Origin: Balanoglossus misakiensis
Lineage: Eukaryota; Animalia; Hemichordata
Assembly (NCBI GenBank): GCA_040954595.2
Contig: CM082581.2
Location: 11,964,286-12,028,285, forward strand
Length of the DNA: 64,000 nt
Direction of reading: 5' to 3'
The notes beneath the pieces were generated by a model. That model ran no database searches and was not told the origin of the DNA. It was given only the letters and a program-made list of their open reading frames with translations. The position numbers were made by a program, and so were the translations under genes. Shown here piece after piece: positions 25,401-37,800 of the stretch (positions are counted from its first letter, which is position 1; the number at the start of each line of letters is the position of its first letter).

Positions 25401-28400
25401 AACGTGTAAGTCCTTACAAGACATGTCAAACTCGGCGAAGCAAAAGCTTACTAACCATAGAGCGATTCGAAGTCTGTGCCATTGTGAATCGATATAAAAT
25501 CATCCGGTGCATCTTCGTCATGACTTGATGGAAAAGTGATGCTGTACCCAGGCAGTCTGGATAAGGGAACTTTTTCGAAACGTGATACTATTGAGAGAGA
25601 GAAAAAAAAATTATTCAGAGGTCCCCTATGTAATTGAACGATTGACTAATACGTAGCTCTCAATTAAGACACAGGAAACGACATGAATGTTTTGACAATA
25701 GCGTCACAAAATAAAGACATTTCATCAAAAGACGTTAAATTACTGATGAAAACTCATAAGCAAGTTTTTAACAAACTGACAATTCGTGTTATTTCGTAAA
25801 ATCAAAGGATACATTTTAAATTGACTGATGGAAATGTTTTCATTTAAAACACAAAAGCACACGAGACGTCTTTAAAAATGTTGATAATTGCAACAGAAAT
25901 AGACGGATGAAAATGTTTACTGACCGACGTTGGGGAAGTCCATATTGACAGGGTACATTTGCGTGAGGTTGGCAAATGAATTCGCCAGTTTTTCACAGTT
26001 AATTGCCATTTGTGTTGGCCCATCTGATATCTGTAATTGAAATCCATATTTTGTTGGTTGCGTGACATCATATTCCATACGTTTATATTTTGTCACAATC
26101 CAATGTTAGGAAACGTATCTACAGTGCACAGGTATCAGGACCATATAAAGCCTTACACCAGTCCTGAATGCTCTACTGTGAGTCATGTATTCGTGGCATT
26201 GCTTAGAATTGTAGCTTGGTCAATCATGAAATCACCTTGATAGATCTGTAATCATCATTACCTGTGACAGCAACTCCCAGTTTTCTTTGAGCGACGGATG
26301 GAATAAGTTGCTGCAGATTTTTAAATAGTACTGAAAAAGAGTGGTCAGAGTTAGGGAAAATTGAGAAAATATATGAGAAAACAAAAGAAGGTATACAGAC
26401 ATTATCTTGGGTTCGCTACCAAGAAATGTACAAATGCCATTAGAGGAGAGTTGTGAATTTTCATGTGATTGTCGTGCGCATGCTCTAAGTATATACAAAG
26501 ATCCTCGAAATAACTCTCGGACAAAAACCCCATATTGTGAGATTACTTACCCATGTGAACGATGTTATGTCTGTAACGTCTGTGGGAAATTCATCGTGGC
26601 GTTTCATCCACCGCGATATCGATAACAACAGTATACTAGCCATGTTTGGGTCTCCTGACAAACTCTCGACTTCTTCGATGGTTAGTGATGATATATTGCA
26701 CTGTTCATTGTGAAGGAATAGAACATGTGTCTGTATTAAATTAAATAAGGAACCACTTATACGTTTGAGAGTTCAGTATCTCGGAACACGTGGAACACAC
26801 AGACACTGAGCGAGTAAATGCTCAGTCGAAAATAGAAATATACACTTTGGGAGCAAAATGAGGTTTGACCGTACCAAAGATAGAACATTCCCTACCAAAT
26901 TTCCATCTTGGCACAGACCCATGTCGACAGTAGCTGTACCAACTGTCGCTGTGGTGTCCGTGCTGGGCAGGACTACGTTGACTGTAAAACTGCAGGTGGC
27001 CACGTTAGACGCCGGGTCAGAGAACTGGTACGTGACCGTGGTTGCGCCCATCGGGAAAACGTCACCTGGTTGGTGGGATACCACCATGGTGACGCTTCCA
27101 CCAGAGCTATCTGTCGCAGTGGGCGCTGTCCAAAATGCCGTGCCGCCATCTTGATCCACAGCTGTGACTGTGATATCAGTTGGGCACCCATATATTGAAG
27201 GCGGCTGGCTATCTGTTTATCAATGGAACACAAAATATGAACAGTATTGAATAATTTTCTTCAGTTATACTACGTTGCTGATTGTGAGGGTTTGCATAAA
27301 TATGCCCACTTTGTTTCAACTGCGACATATACACTCTATGTCATATATAGCTAACATTATGTATTTCCAAGTTGAAGATTAAATTCAGCATCTTCACTAA
27401 GTCAAATTTGGTCCCCACTTGAAAATGACGATTCAATAAAATCGAGACAGAATAACTCACCGATAACAGCGGTGAATTTCGAAGATCTTTCACAGATATA
27501 GTAATACTTATCATCACAGTTTTTATCTTCCCAACGACCGCCATTTTGACGGAGAGCGGCGACGCAGTCTTGGTCGTCTCCCCTTTAAAGAAAAAAAGTT
27601 TGTTCACATGCATTAGGGAAATTGCAATTCCTTCTAAGATTAAGTGAATTTAAAGTAGGATGTCATCCTCCCTGGATGTGTGAAAGTGAAAAAAAAACCT
27701 AAAGAATATTGCAATCTACTTACATGATATTGTCATTTGGTTGGGAAGTATGCCATGCAAAAAAGGTAACAATCTCTCCAGTCGTGTACTGGAAAACATT
27801 TTCCACGTTTTGGTCATGAACGCCTATCCACACGTCGTTCCTGTAACAGGAAAGGCGTTAAAGAGACCGCCATTTTTGTTCTTTATGCAAATCATCAGGT
27901 ACACACAATTGGTTCAGGCACCACGTGACTTAAAGCTCACACTCGACAAAATGGCTGCCCAGACGATACGTATACATTTAGTGTTTTATGAGTCTGACTC
28001 CATAGTTTTGTAAAATCTTGAAAAGAAGTCTTACCCGCCCCCAGTATTGATGAACTCGTTGTTAATGAAATCCTGTAGTGATTGGTCATTGATCGCCGCT
28101 AGGTCAGCACCGCCGTCCAATGACCGACAGCTATTTTGTGCACTAAACCAAGACTTTTCGCTCTGAAACATCTTGTAGCAATTGGAATTGGAATGGCGCG
28201 TCCACCCTGAAGGACATTCTGAAATAAAGCAAGTGAGAATTGCTGAATTTGTTAGGACAAAAGTAAATCGTTAATGGATATTAACGGTTGTTACATTTGC
28301 TTAGGTGACACGTACATGTATACCGTCCTTTAAAAGTTTTGATGTCGTGCCAAGAATTTGACCTACCCGGCCTTTTGCAGATCGCAGCGTTCTGTGTTGA

Positions 28401-30178
28401 GCATAGTCTGTCGTACCACATATTTGTCTTGGTTGAATCGATCAAAGCGCAGTCAGCAGGCCACCTTTGTTCCAAACCTGATTAGGCAAGACAACATAAA
28501 ACTCATAATCTTTACATTTCACACCGCAGAGCCCCAAACTGGTTTTATGTATGGTAAATGTACATGTCTCCAATCGCCCACACTTTACATCTGCTCATAT
28601 ATGGTTAAATGTGATTGGAAAATATCGCTAAATTTGCATGTAACTGTTTACACTGACACAAACATATACATACATACCTACGTCATCAGGTTGGTTTGAG
28701 CCCCAGCTATTGTACACTAAATTGGTGCCATCACTCCAAACAAATGTGCCTTCAGTTGCCTGTAATGTTTAATGCCCATCAGGTAATTAAAACAGTTACT
28801 TGTAATTTTAAGCTCCAGTCGTTTGAGGTTATCATATTTGTATATTATACAGTACATAACATAACGACACATTCTCCTAATGCGAGAGTAACAAGATAGT
28901 CTCCCTTGCCAGATTCCCCAGAATGCGCGCACAAACGGCCGTAAAATTAAAAGGTATGGTAGCGCCTTTGAACTGATAATTTTTTACCTCATCATTTAAT
29001 CCGATCCATACTATTTCAGATGCCGCGACTTGTAGGACAAACTGTTGTTCTTCCGCCGTGTGTATGCTAACCAATTCGGCCTTCTCGTTGCGACACTGTG
29101 TATTCGCGTTATACCAATCAGCAGTGCTTGGTAGCTTCTTATAACAAAAGTAATTATGATACTGCCATCCAGGAGAACAATTATCTGACATCAAAAAATC
29201 ACACAGAAACAATATATATTAAATCATGGAGATATACAGTCTGTTTCGGTCGTCAACAAAGTAGTGATAATGATAGCAAGCTACCGTCAACATCTGATAT
29301 GATTACGTTTCAAACATACAAACAGACCTGCAAAATGTTAGTTCAACTATACGCTAAGTTTAACAGATGGCGACTAGCCAATGAGTTTGTGCCATGTCTT
29401 GAATTGCGGGCATTCCTTCATTCGAAAACAGGTGCATGGACGTTCAAACTGTCACATGAAGATTGCGTAACAAAAACATGAATACAATCTCCAAGCTGAT
29501 TCTCTGAGGTCTTAACTGAGAAACATCGCGAAATAATTATCTTTCTCGCCTTTGGAGTGATATTTTAATTCAGTCTCGACATCACGACTGAAGAGGTTAC
29601 TACCGCGAAGGGTTAACGTAACAAGAGCGAGTGGTTCGTCGTTGTTCGACTGATTGCAAGTAACTCAATTTAAGTTAACATAACGGACGTGGAATGAAAT
29701 CACAAGTGTGTGTACGGGAGTCATATTGCATTGTATTTGCACCAAATGAGAAAACAGTTCATTAATGAGAACATTCCCGCGGCTGCTTTTATCACCCTCG
29801 TTTCTGATATTCGCTTTCTGCAATCGTACACCGCGGCTTTTCGCTAAACCGGCACCAACCGAATTTTAAATGGGTGTCATGGCACTCACGCACCCGATCA
29901 CGTGATATGGAGACACCTGATCACTAAGCAGAGCGGTTTTCGGTAGATTTCTATCAAATACTGTGAGGCCAAGGAGGTCAGTCTTTCAATTAGTGAATTG
30001 TCTGAAGCAGTTTTGTCAGATTCGTTGCGGGACCGGTGTGTGTGAAAATTGCGTCACCGACGAAGGACCGAAACTCACTACCCGAAGTGAAAGAACACAC
30101 TCGTCATCTTTACCAAAAACAGCTGGTCTTACCTGCGCGAACTGTTATAACCACAAATATCACTAACAAGCTGGAAAT
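5891..30178 (-). CDS. Adhesion GPCR gene A (ADGRD/GPR133-like 7TM); CTLD-CTLD-HYR-GAIN/GPS-7TM, about 1077 aa traced
   Basis: 28 phase-compatible GT-AG exons: 30133-30178, 28988-29184, 28678-28759, 28367-28477, 28035-28218, 27724-27840, 27461-27582, 26896-27212, 26551-26700, 26262-26330, 25925-26030, 25456-25587, 25062-25125, 24739-24844, 24415-24524, 24083-24212, 23855-23958, 23382-23484, 22738-22891, 22580-22646, 22387-22453, 22126-22211, 7283-7409, 7041-7082, 6711-6806, 6493-6616, 6185-6285, 5891-6010. They total 3234 nt with no internal stop. Motifs: CVFW..WS.GC..C.CNHTTSF; [20 protein letters not shown]; GWGIP; CWL; [17 protein letters not shown]; FNSLQGFFIF. Confidence 0.92.
7460..7612. 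repeat. 86-bp related satellite subfamily, left flank (about 1.7 copies)
   Basis: CATGAGCTATAACCCATGCATATGACATGAAAATGCCAAAATGAGCAAAATTTTCAAAGTCGAGAATTTGTCATTTTTTGAGCGTT-type unit; period 86 (7472 to 7558). Confidence 0.9.
7613..21510. repeat. 88-bp tandem satellite, about 158 copies, intronic in gene A
   Basis: Unit CATGGGCTATAACCCATGCTTTTTTCAAAAAAATGAAGAAATTTTGATATTTCGGAAAGTCGAAAAATTGTCATTTCTGGACGATTTT; period 88 (e.g. 7701 to 7789); copies are nearly identical. Confidence 0.99.
21511..21965. repeat. 86-bp related satellite subfamily, right flank (about 5 diverged copies)
   Basis: Same unit and orientation as the left flank; period 86 (21788 to 21874). Confidence 0.92.
22126..23958 (-). 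CDS. Gene A, TM1-TM5 exons (104, 103, 154, 67, 67, 86 nt)
   Basis: [17 protein letters not shown] / [13 protein letters not shown] / [14 protein letters not shown]...GW / GIPVVIV / [16 protein letters not shown] / [13 protein letters not shown]. Confidence 0.94.
24083..26700 (-). CDS. Gene A, GAIN domain with GPS motif (8 exons)
   Basis: The GPS cysteines and tryptophans are present (KCVFW; WSDYGC; [14 protein letters not shown]). The upstream exons parallel those of gene B in size and phase. Confidence 0.85.
26896..27212 (-). CDS. Gene A, HYR (hyalin repeat) domain exon
   Basis: [16 protein letters not shown]...[12 protein letters not shown]...[35 protein letters not shown] fits the HYR pattern D..PP...CP.DI...W..P.A.D.SG...PG..F..G.T.VTY...D...N...C.F.V. 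Confidence 0.93.
27461..29184 (-). CDS. Gene A, two C-type lectin domains (3 exons each)
   Basis: CTLD1: CSPGW..FCYK..W..A...C...LVSI..WIGLND..FVWSDG..W...QPD..DC..WYD..C..ICK. CTLD2: CPSGW..CYK..W..A...C...LAAI..VWIGVHD..W...QPN..QDCV..WED..C..YICE. Confidence 0.93.
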
Positions 30179-31793
30179 CTGTGGATATAAAAACAAAATA
30201 ACATGTACTTTAGAAAATCTGGGTTTTGTAACTTTTTCTCATGGAGCAAATAGCACAAATTCTGGTGACAATTACGCATTCATTTGATCTGAATATGAAT
30301 GCTTTCTCCTCTTTGTAATTACAATTTACCAAGGACGAATGTACATTCGTGTCATTCACATCAAGAATGTGTTGAAAATAGGCACTGTTGGAAAGTCGTC
30401 AGGTCAAATAAAGTGCGATTTAATTTCTGGCAATTTACTCAGTTCCTCGACAGTAATTACCGCCAATTTGAAAGTCAACATTTCCATCGATTGCGGGAAT
30501 TCTTAAATGCTGGTATCTGGGAGAGCTATTTACCTTTGGGATGCAGTTGCGACACACAATACAAAATATCGATTTTTGTTGAAAAGTTTCGTCGGCTAGG
30601 GCTGGATATGGCGTTTAACGATCGGGTCTGACAACATGAAATATTGATTTCGTGCTTTTATTTTATATACGCTTCGAAATTTACCGTGCCCAATTACAAG
30701 CGAGCGTGTGTGAGCATCCGTATAATATTGCAAGCGTATGCATTATTGAAAATGTATTACTTGGCAAGCATACAGTCCCGAATGGATTGTCGTGTTGTCG
30801 GGTTCAAGCGGCTCACATCGAGCGCGATGTTATTACGCATGAGATCTCCATGCAAGGGACGGTGAAAGGGACGGTGTCCAAAATCACCTGGGGTTACAAA
30901 TGGGCATGAATGGAGTGGTTTCCTCGCGCTAAAAAGGGAACGAACGTTTTAAAGCATCACTGTGCGCCATATTTCGTACTTTGCTGCAACCTTTACTTCA
31001 ATCTCTTCAACTCCTTTAAAAGATTGGTCGAATTATTTGACGAGTTTTCCGTGTTACTATGAAAAGCAGAAACCCTTTCAGCAACCACTTCTATCTAATA
31101 CCAAATTTGTTCCGATTATAGCAATTATGATCATTTTGAGAGACGAAAAGTCACTTTTGAAGTGAATGACTGGCAATGTTCACATGTGACACTCGTGCTT
31201 GTCCTTAGAGGTTCACAATACGGAGATCGAAGAGAGATTCAAACCCGATTACGTCTACCTTCGCCTGATAATATAAAACTGTGTTGCTATGGTTACGTTG
31301 ACGCAAGAACTTGCTTGGGATATTAGTCTGGAGTCGTAGACTTAATGTCTGGTGACAGTTCTGTATAAGCCGGTTCTTCTACACAAGGGGTATGTCGATA
31401 TTGTATAATTGTTGGGTTTATCTAAATGTCGATAATCACGAAGCTGTTGCGCTTTTATCTCCAGTGTTATCAAATTTTCTGCATCAATGCGCGCTCATCT
31501 TCTTAACAGATTACTTGTTTTACAAATTGTTTCGTTGAAGACAGTCTAATTGTATATGCAACATGAATAAATGAAAGAAATTAATGTTCGTTGCGTCTCG
31601 TTGTGCTACCTAAAATTAGTAGTCGCTCGGACTAACAAAAAGAAGAAAAGTATAACTTCCCGAAACGGATTTATTCGTGCTGATCAGAATTGAAACCTCA
31701 ACTGTAGTTTTTGTTTAAATGGGTTAGACCACTGCGACAGCGGGGTCTACTTAGCCGTAAAGGTTTTCGAAATGTTTTCGCTGTTCAACTTAC

Positions 31794-31844
31794 GAGTCGA
31801 TGAAAAAATGCTTGCTTTAAAGAAATAACACTTGAACCTGTCAT
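31794..31844 (-). CDS. Candidate start-codon exon of gene A (MTGSSVISLKQAFFHRL)
   Basis: ATG plus 17 codons ending at a phase-0 GTAAGT donor. It joins micro-exon 30133-30178 ([15 protein letters not shown]) to give a plausible signal peptide. There is no homology support. Confidence 0.45.
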
Positions 31845-34800
31845 GATCCCATTCTTCTTATAAAATCAATTGCCATCACACGGAGTGCTCTGCTCAGTCT
31901 GTTGGGCGATAGATTAAACCGACAATGGCAAAACTAACAAACCAATCGAGTGAGTAATATTGATGTATTCTGGGAACACGCGCACTGTCGATAGATGATG
32001 TCTTTTAGCTGAATTTTACGACACAGAGTAATAAAACTCTTGCCAGTATTTGGCGTTTGTCTGACATTGCAGAAAAGCTGTTAGTAATTAATAGGAAAAA
32101 GCCGAGTATTGTAAATCAGGGCCCACAGTTTAAGTTAAATGTATTTTCGCGTGAGTGAACAGTCAATTCAGTAATTGAATTCAAAATCAAGACACGGCAG
32201 TGGATCGCAAAGGTAACGAACTCAGAATCTGACGTTAGTTTGCTCGGCTGCAAGTCGACGCACGGCCTCGATTTTTTTCTGTGTGCGTTTTATCAAGAAA
32301 AGTGGTCGTAATTGTAAAATAAAAATCGACTGATCTTTAATGCACTCTTTTACGGCGAGGCACCCGGTAACAGCGCAAGCAGACAACCCATAACACGAAG
32401 TGCCAGGCACACTTTATTCGACTATTCACTTTCATCAGTCCTGCCATGGATACAGATGAAAGCGGCGTTATTAGCGAGTGCTGTGGCAGCTAGTTGAATC
32501 ATTGCCCTCGCTTCACCGCGCCCTGTTCACTTTAACCAAGCGACTAAAATATTGTTCAGCCGAGCGCCAAGGACCGGCTCTTCCGTGTCTTTTAACACAA
32601 ACATTTACTCCAATGCAGGCATTAACCCTTTGATGCGTCACTTCCTGGGGTGTGATTGCAGAGGTTAATAACGGGTGCCACCCTTCCAAAAGACGTTTGA
32701 GGCTTTTCCCGTCGATTTTCTGCGAGTACTTGTACAGATCCAAATTTCGTTTGCTTTGTTCGACGCCTATAATTTAGTATAACAGTACATATTTTTTCAA
32801 AGGTTCAATTATTTCGCAATTGGTCATTGGAGACAGCCGTAGATTACATTTTATTTGTCGAATAATGATTGCCCGGAAAACTAGAAAAATATAATGCAGT
32901 TACAGGTAATCAACTTAGATACAGACTCTCAATTTGACCAGTAAGGCATAGATTTGTGTATAACTCGAGAAATCGTAAATGAACTGGAAATTCATTTGCG
33001 CTTGATTTTTATTTAAACACTAATATAACCTCTCCACACCAACAAATATTTTGACAGAAAGAATGGACACACAATCTATCTAATGCCCCGCAGTTATGTA
33101 CGCGAGCTGTTCAATGAGAACTAGATGTACAAAACGGAAGACACACACAGTTCAATTCGGAACTTTGATAAACCACACGCAGCGATTAAACTGTCATGCA
33201 TCGAAAGAGTGACACTTTTGTGATGGGACTCTGATGGGACTTCGAATGCCAAGTCGCAATTTACCACGACGCCGTAGAAATAGATTTTACTGCTTGAGTC
33301 CTATCGCGGCCCTTTCAGATCGATTTCTCAGTTTCCAAACCCAGCAGGTATAAATAACACACAGATCGAAATCCTAACGCGTAACCTGCCGATCCATATG
33401 GTTAAAAGACAAGACATGTTCGACTCCAATCGACTCGGTTGTTAAAGAGATTGATGGCCCCTGCCCGGGAAAGCTCGAATTCGTACATTCTCTATTGGCG
33501 TTGTTGCTAATCATGATGCAAGTTGCCATGACAATGCGTCAAATATTGAGAAACTGCGGCAGTAAACGTTGTCCGACAGTCTAATGATGTCGAAACCCGT
33601 CGTTTTCTCAAAGTTTATGTGTGTATGATGTTTACCTAAGATGGTGTAGACTGTGTTTCAGAGGGGCACAACACGATCAAAGTAACCGTTTGAAGTTATT
33701 GGAATACTCGTGTCCCTGCGTTTCGAGGGCAATGGGCAGCATCCTGGAAGGCCTGTCCTCATAGGTTGTACTCCTGCTTGAGAGTGAACTGGCAAAAGAA
33801 CTGACCAATCAGAAACAACCTTACAGGACCGTTGCACACTGTGACCTTTTCTGCTCGCAATTTGTCACTTAAAGTATTACGTGGCCGCATAATTTCATGT
33901 TTTCCTGCGCGTCTCAGAATTCCATCCATACACACTTAAAAATAGTGCGGGGATTCCGTTCTGCCCTATAACTGGTTATTTCGGCATTTTTGAACTCGTC
34001 AAACTTTAAACGATCCTAAGTATACATACTTTCTAGGCTGCAAGATTTCCGCTCGCAGGATTACATCAAAATTGCTTGTCTGCGTCTTCTTCAGCGGCGC
34101 ACTTCTAGTCAATGCTCAGATTTCCGTCGCTACGTTACAAAATCCTCTTTCCTTATGCAGCCTTTTGTCACTGCAGTTGGGTAATATTACTTACGCTCGG
34201 TTTCACCTCGAATATTTAATCCCCACCAAACATTTTCTTATGCACTCACAGTTAACGTTGGTTATTTTTTGTCGGTCTTCTGTGCACCAACTCTATGCTA
34301 CTTAGTGGGCTCATTTACATGTAAATACGGAGAAACTTCCAACGGCGAAGAGGCTCGTTCATTGTAATGTTCGCTTTTGGACATTATATTAAAAAAAACT
34401 TTAAAATAAATGTTCTCCTTGCGCTTAATCTTTCAGGTGCGACACCAAATATTGTCTTTATGTCTTTACTGCGTGCGATGTCGTAATGACGATAAACTTT
34501 AGCGCAATGCAAGGTGTTTCATCTCCCAGAAGCAATTGCGATCAGCTGTAGTCGCAGTAGTTGAATAACACACCTTCATCAAGGGACGCTTTCTGAAACG
34601 TATCGCTTTACAAGTCAGGTGTACACTTATTTCAAATGATTGTGTTTCCTTGCCTCCCAAGGTACACAGCTAAAGCTGAGCCGTATTGGAAGCCAGTTGC
34701 CCGTGAAACCAAACTCCTTTTAAGACTCGATCTGAATCGAAAGGATTTGTGGCAATTTGAGCAATTTTGATCATTTGTCATATGTTGTCTGTGTCAGTAT

Positions 34801-37800
34801 TTTTCTTCTGAACGGGTCTGTAGACGACAACAATATAAAGACAACAACTGAAATACGCAGCCGCAGTGTTCTGATCATGTCCAGAAGGTCTTCATTCTGA
34901 AACATTATACAATTTCAAAGCAAATAAATCAGCAACTGAGGTTCAATAACCTCGTATGAGTTGCTGGGCAGGATCAGTCGTTATCTTTTATTGTGTGTTT
35001 GATTTCGTCTCTAAAAGTCTTTAATCCATGCAATGATTGAATGAGAAAAAGCCTGACGTAGACAACTCCATTTACTACTTCTTAGAACACACAGAATCAT
35101 TGGAGTCACCAATCCTCTGTTGCAACAACCGGCGCTTTAATCGTTCAAAGTTCCCAGTCAACCATGTCATTATCCGCATCAAACGATGTCATTTGAATGT
35201 AACTATTATAATAAAAGCAATGACAATCTCTCTACATGTAAAATCAGTAGCCGTAAAAGATGGTGAGAGAATGAATTATATTAATGTTTTAGTATACACT
35301 CGAAGTAATTTTCGAAAAATTCAAATGGCTCATCTTTGGTGACAATGCGTATAATCAAATGAAGGTATTTTTTTCAAAAACTCGTTTATGGACTTATCAA
35401 ATTCACTAATTAGAAGCATGAAGAGGCTTTGTGATAATTGTAATGTTTTTTTTATGATGCGGCGGGTTCTTTTGCAATTTGAAACCAGTCAAAAATGATA
35501 ACACAATCTGTCATCATATTACTGCCGTATTCTCAGAAGCTAATTAATGTATATTTCCAAACATGATAAACCGTCCTAACCAGGTTACACAATTTTTTTA
35601 TACTTAGAATGCAGTCACAGTCACAGTAACTGTTTTTTAACGTCATTTATTTTCAGATTGTTGTTTATAGGATGAACGTTAAAGCTAAGTAGTAGTCAAA
35701 CACGATTCACAATATTAATAAATTCTCACCAATAAATAAGCACATAGTAATCTCTTTTTGTATTAGAAGAAACATGCAACTAAATAAAGCACTTCTTCCC
35801 AGTCGTGATGAGGGAGGAAGTGGGCCAATTTCTCTGTAGTCAGTGTCCTAGTAACGGTTTCTAACAGGACGCTGGGTTTACTATTTATGTTATAGCTAAA
35901 GGCGCGGGGAAATCGACCCCTTTCTGTACACTGAACCCGAGATTTTTCATTTGCTTTCATTTTGTGTGAAAAGCGATAAGTTATAATTGTGTGATTTGAA
36001 GCGTGAAAGCAACACTCAGATTTTAATCGACCGATATTTTAATCTCAACATCTACGCATCCTGTTCAAAAGGTCCAGACGGTTTTTTTCTGATGGAAAAC
36101 ATTGCGCTGCTTTTTAAATCGGTGTTTTGTGGATGTCAAATAGGCAAGCGAAGATTTTCTTTCATCATTCCAACTGACTTATGTTGTATTTGAAAATCTA
36201 AAGTTTGAAAATTTGTATGGACAATGTCTTATTATTTCCCAACATGTGCGTTAAGTTATATGCGAAGGGGGTCGAATGTCAAAATACATATCTCGTATCG
36301 AGTAAGTTGAAGTACCTTGATGTTGCCTGTTAGTTTTACGTCTTAGCCTGTGACCTTGGTTCAGTTAGAACCGCGTTTCCCATGGCAACGCCGTTATTAT
36401 GTTTCACGCAAAGTTGATGAAATGATATTGAGGAACGGAAAAGATGTTTCCTTGATTCATTAAGTGCTAATGAACCACCTTATTAAACTTCTACCGTTTT
36501 CGTCACAATCTGGAACCACGGGGCGTACGCATGAATTTTCCCTGGAAACATTGACATCTAAACCTCTATGTTCGCTTCCGTACATAAATCTCGAAGACCA
36601 TGTGAGCTAACATAATAAAGCGCAGTATAAATATATAGTTATTACCTTTTGATGAAGGGATTTTATGTTGTTATAATTCATATCGATACCATAATGTCTG
36701 GTATGAATCGATTCCTAGTTTCTTTATCTTAATTTTCGTAAAATCGCGAGACAAACATTTCAATTACTTCATTGCAAAACTCAGTGATTCGCTGCGTTTT
36801 AAAGGAGAAAATCGTGTTAGAGTCCGGACGATCCTAGCTATTAGAAATTGATTCTGAGACGCTACATGCACCCCCTTTATTAGGAGAGTCACTTTCAACG
36901 CTCCTAGACGACGAGACAAGAGCAAATTGCTAAACAGTATCTAAATTTACGCTCCGTTGGTTCTAGATGCATATTAGTCTATATGCTGGATCGCTTCTGT
37001 CACCAAGCCGTACATGGCTTTTCAGTGGCACATTCAATACACTGTAACGACTGAATGAACGACTGGATGAATGAATGGTCGATTTCTCCGCAATATAAGT
37101 GCGCAGGTTTTTCTGAATACTTCTTAAACTAAAATAAATATCGGAACACGGAAATGTACTTATTGGCACTTTCCAACCGAGCTCTCGAATTATTCAGTGT
37201 GAAAATTCATATCCTGTAAGCGGATCCCTAACTTCCGTTGTGGTTTCGTGTTTGCTAACAGGGAGAGTATCGCCAGACATATTTGCATGGCTTAATGGAA
37301 CGACGTCTGTGCATGGGATATAAGTGTCGAAATTTTCTCCCAAACCACCCCATGCACCCGCTTGTATCTAAATCGTAGCATGTAATCTTTTTTAAACGTT
37401 TCGTGCCTTTCATGTATAGACCACAAAGCACGGATTACGGTGCGAAGAGAGGGGGGGGGCATGATGAATCGCGAACCAAAGACTGCTTATTTTAAATGCT
37501 GAGGGGGGCTACTGCAAGCAATACACCGCAAGCAAGACCCATTTCGATGTGCATCTATTTTACCATAACTCGGTTTTTAGATTTTCATTACAATCCTCCA
37601 GTCAATATGTAAAATATCAGTCCATTAAAAAAAGCGACCATCATGCTTTAGTGTTTCCACTTCCCAAAATAGAATTACTAAGGTTTGCTTCCTTAACTAG
37701 TCAATTTAGTGCTTGCTAAGTAAACGCATTGAATTTTAAATGCTTCGTAGACTCTGAAAACTACCGTCGTTTCAGGCTCGCAGCAGGCCTCATTAACTGT

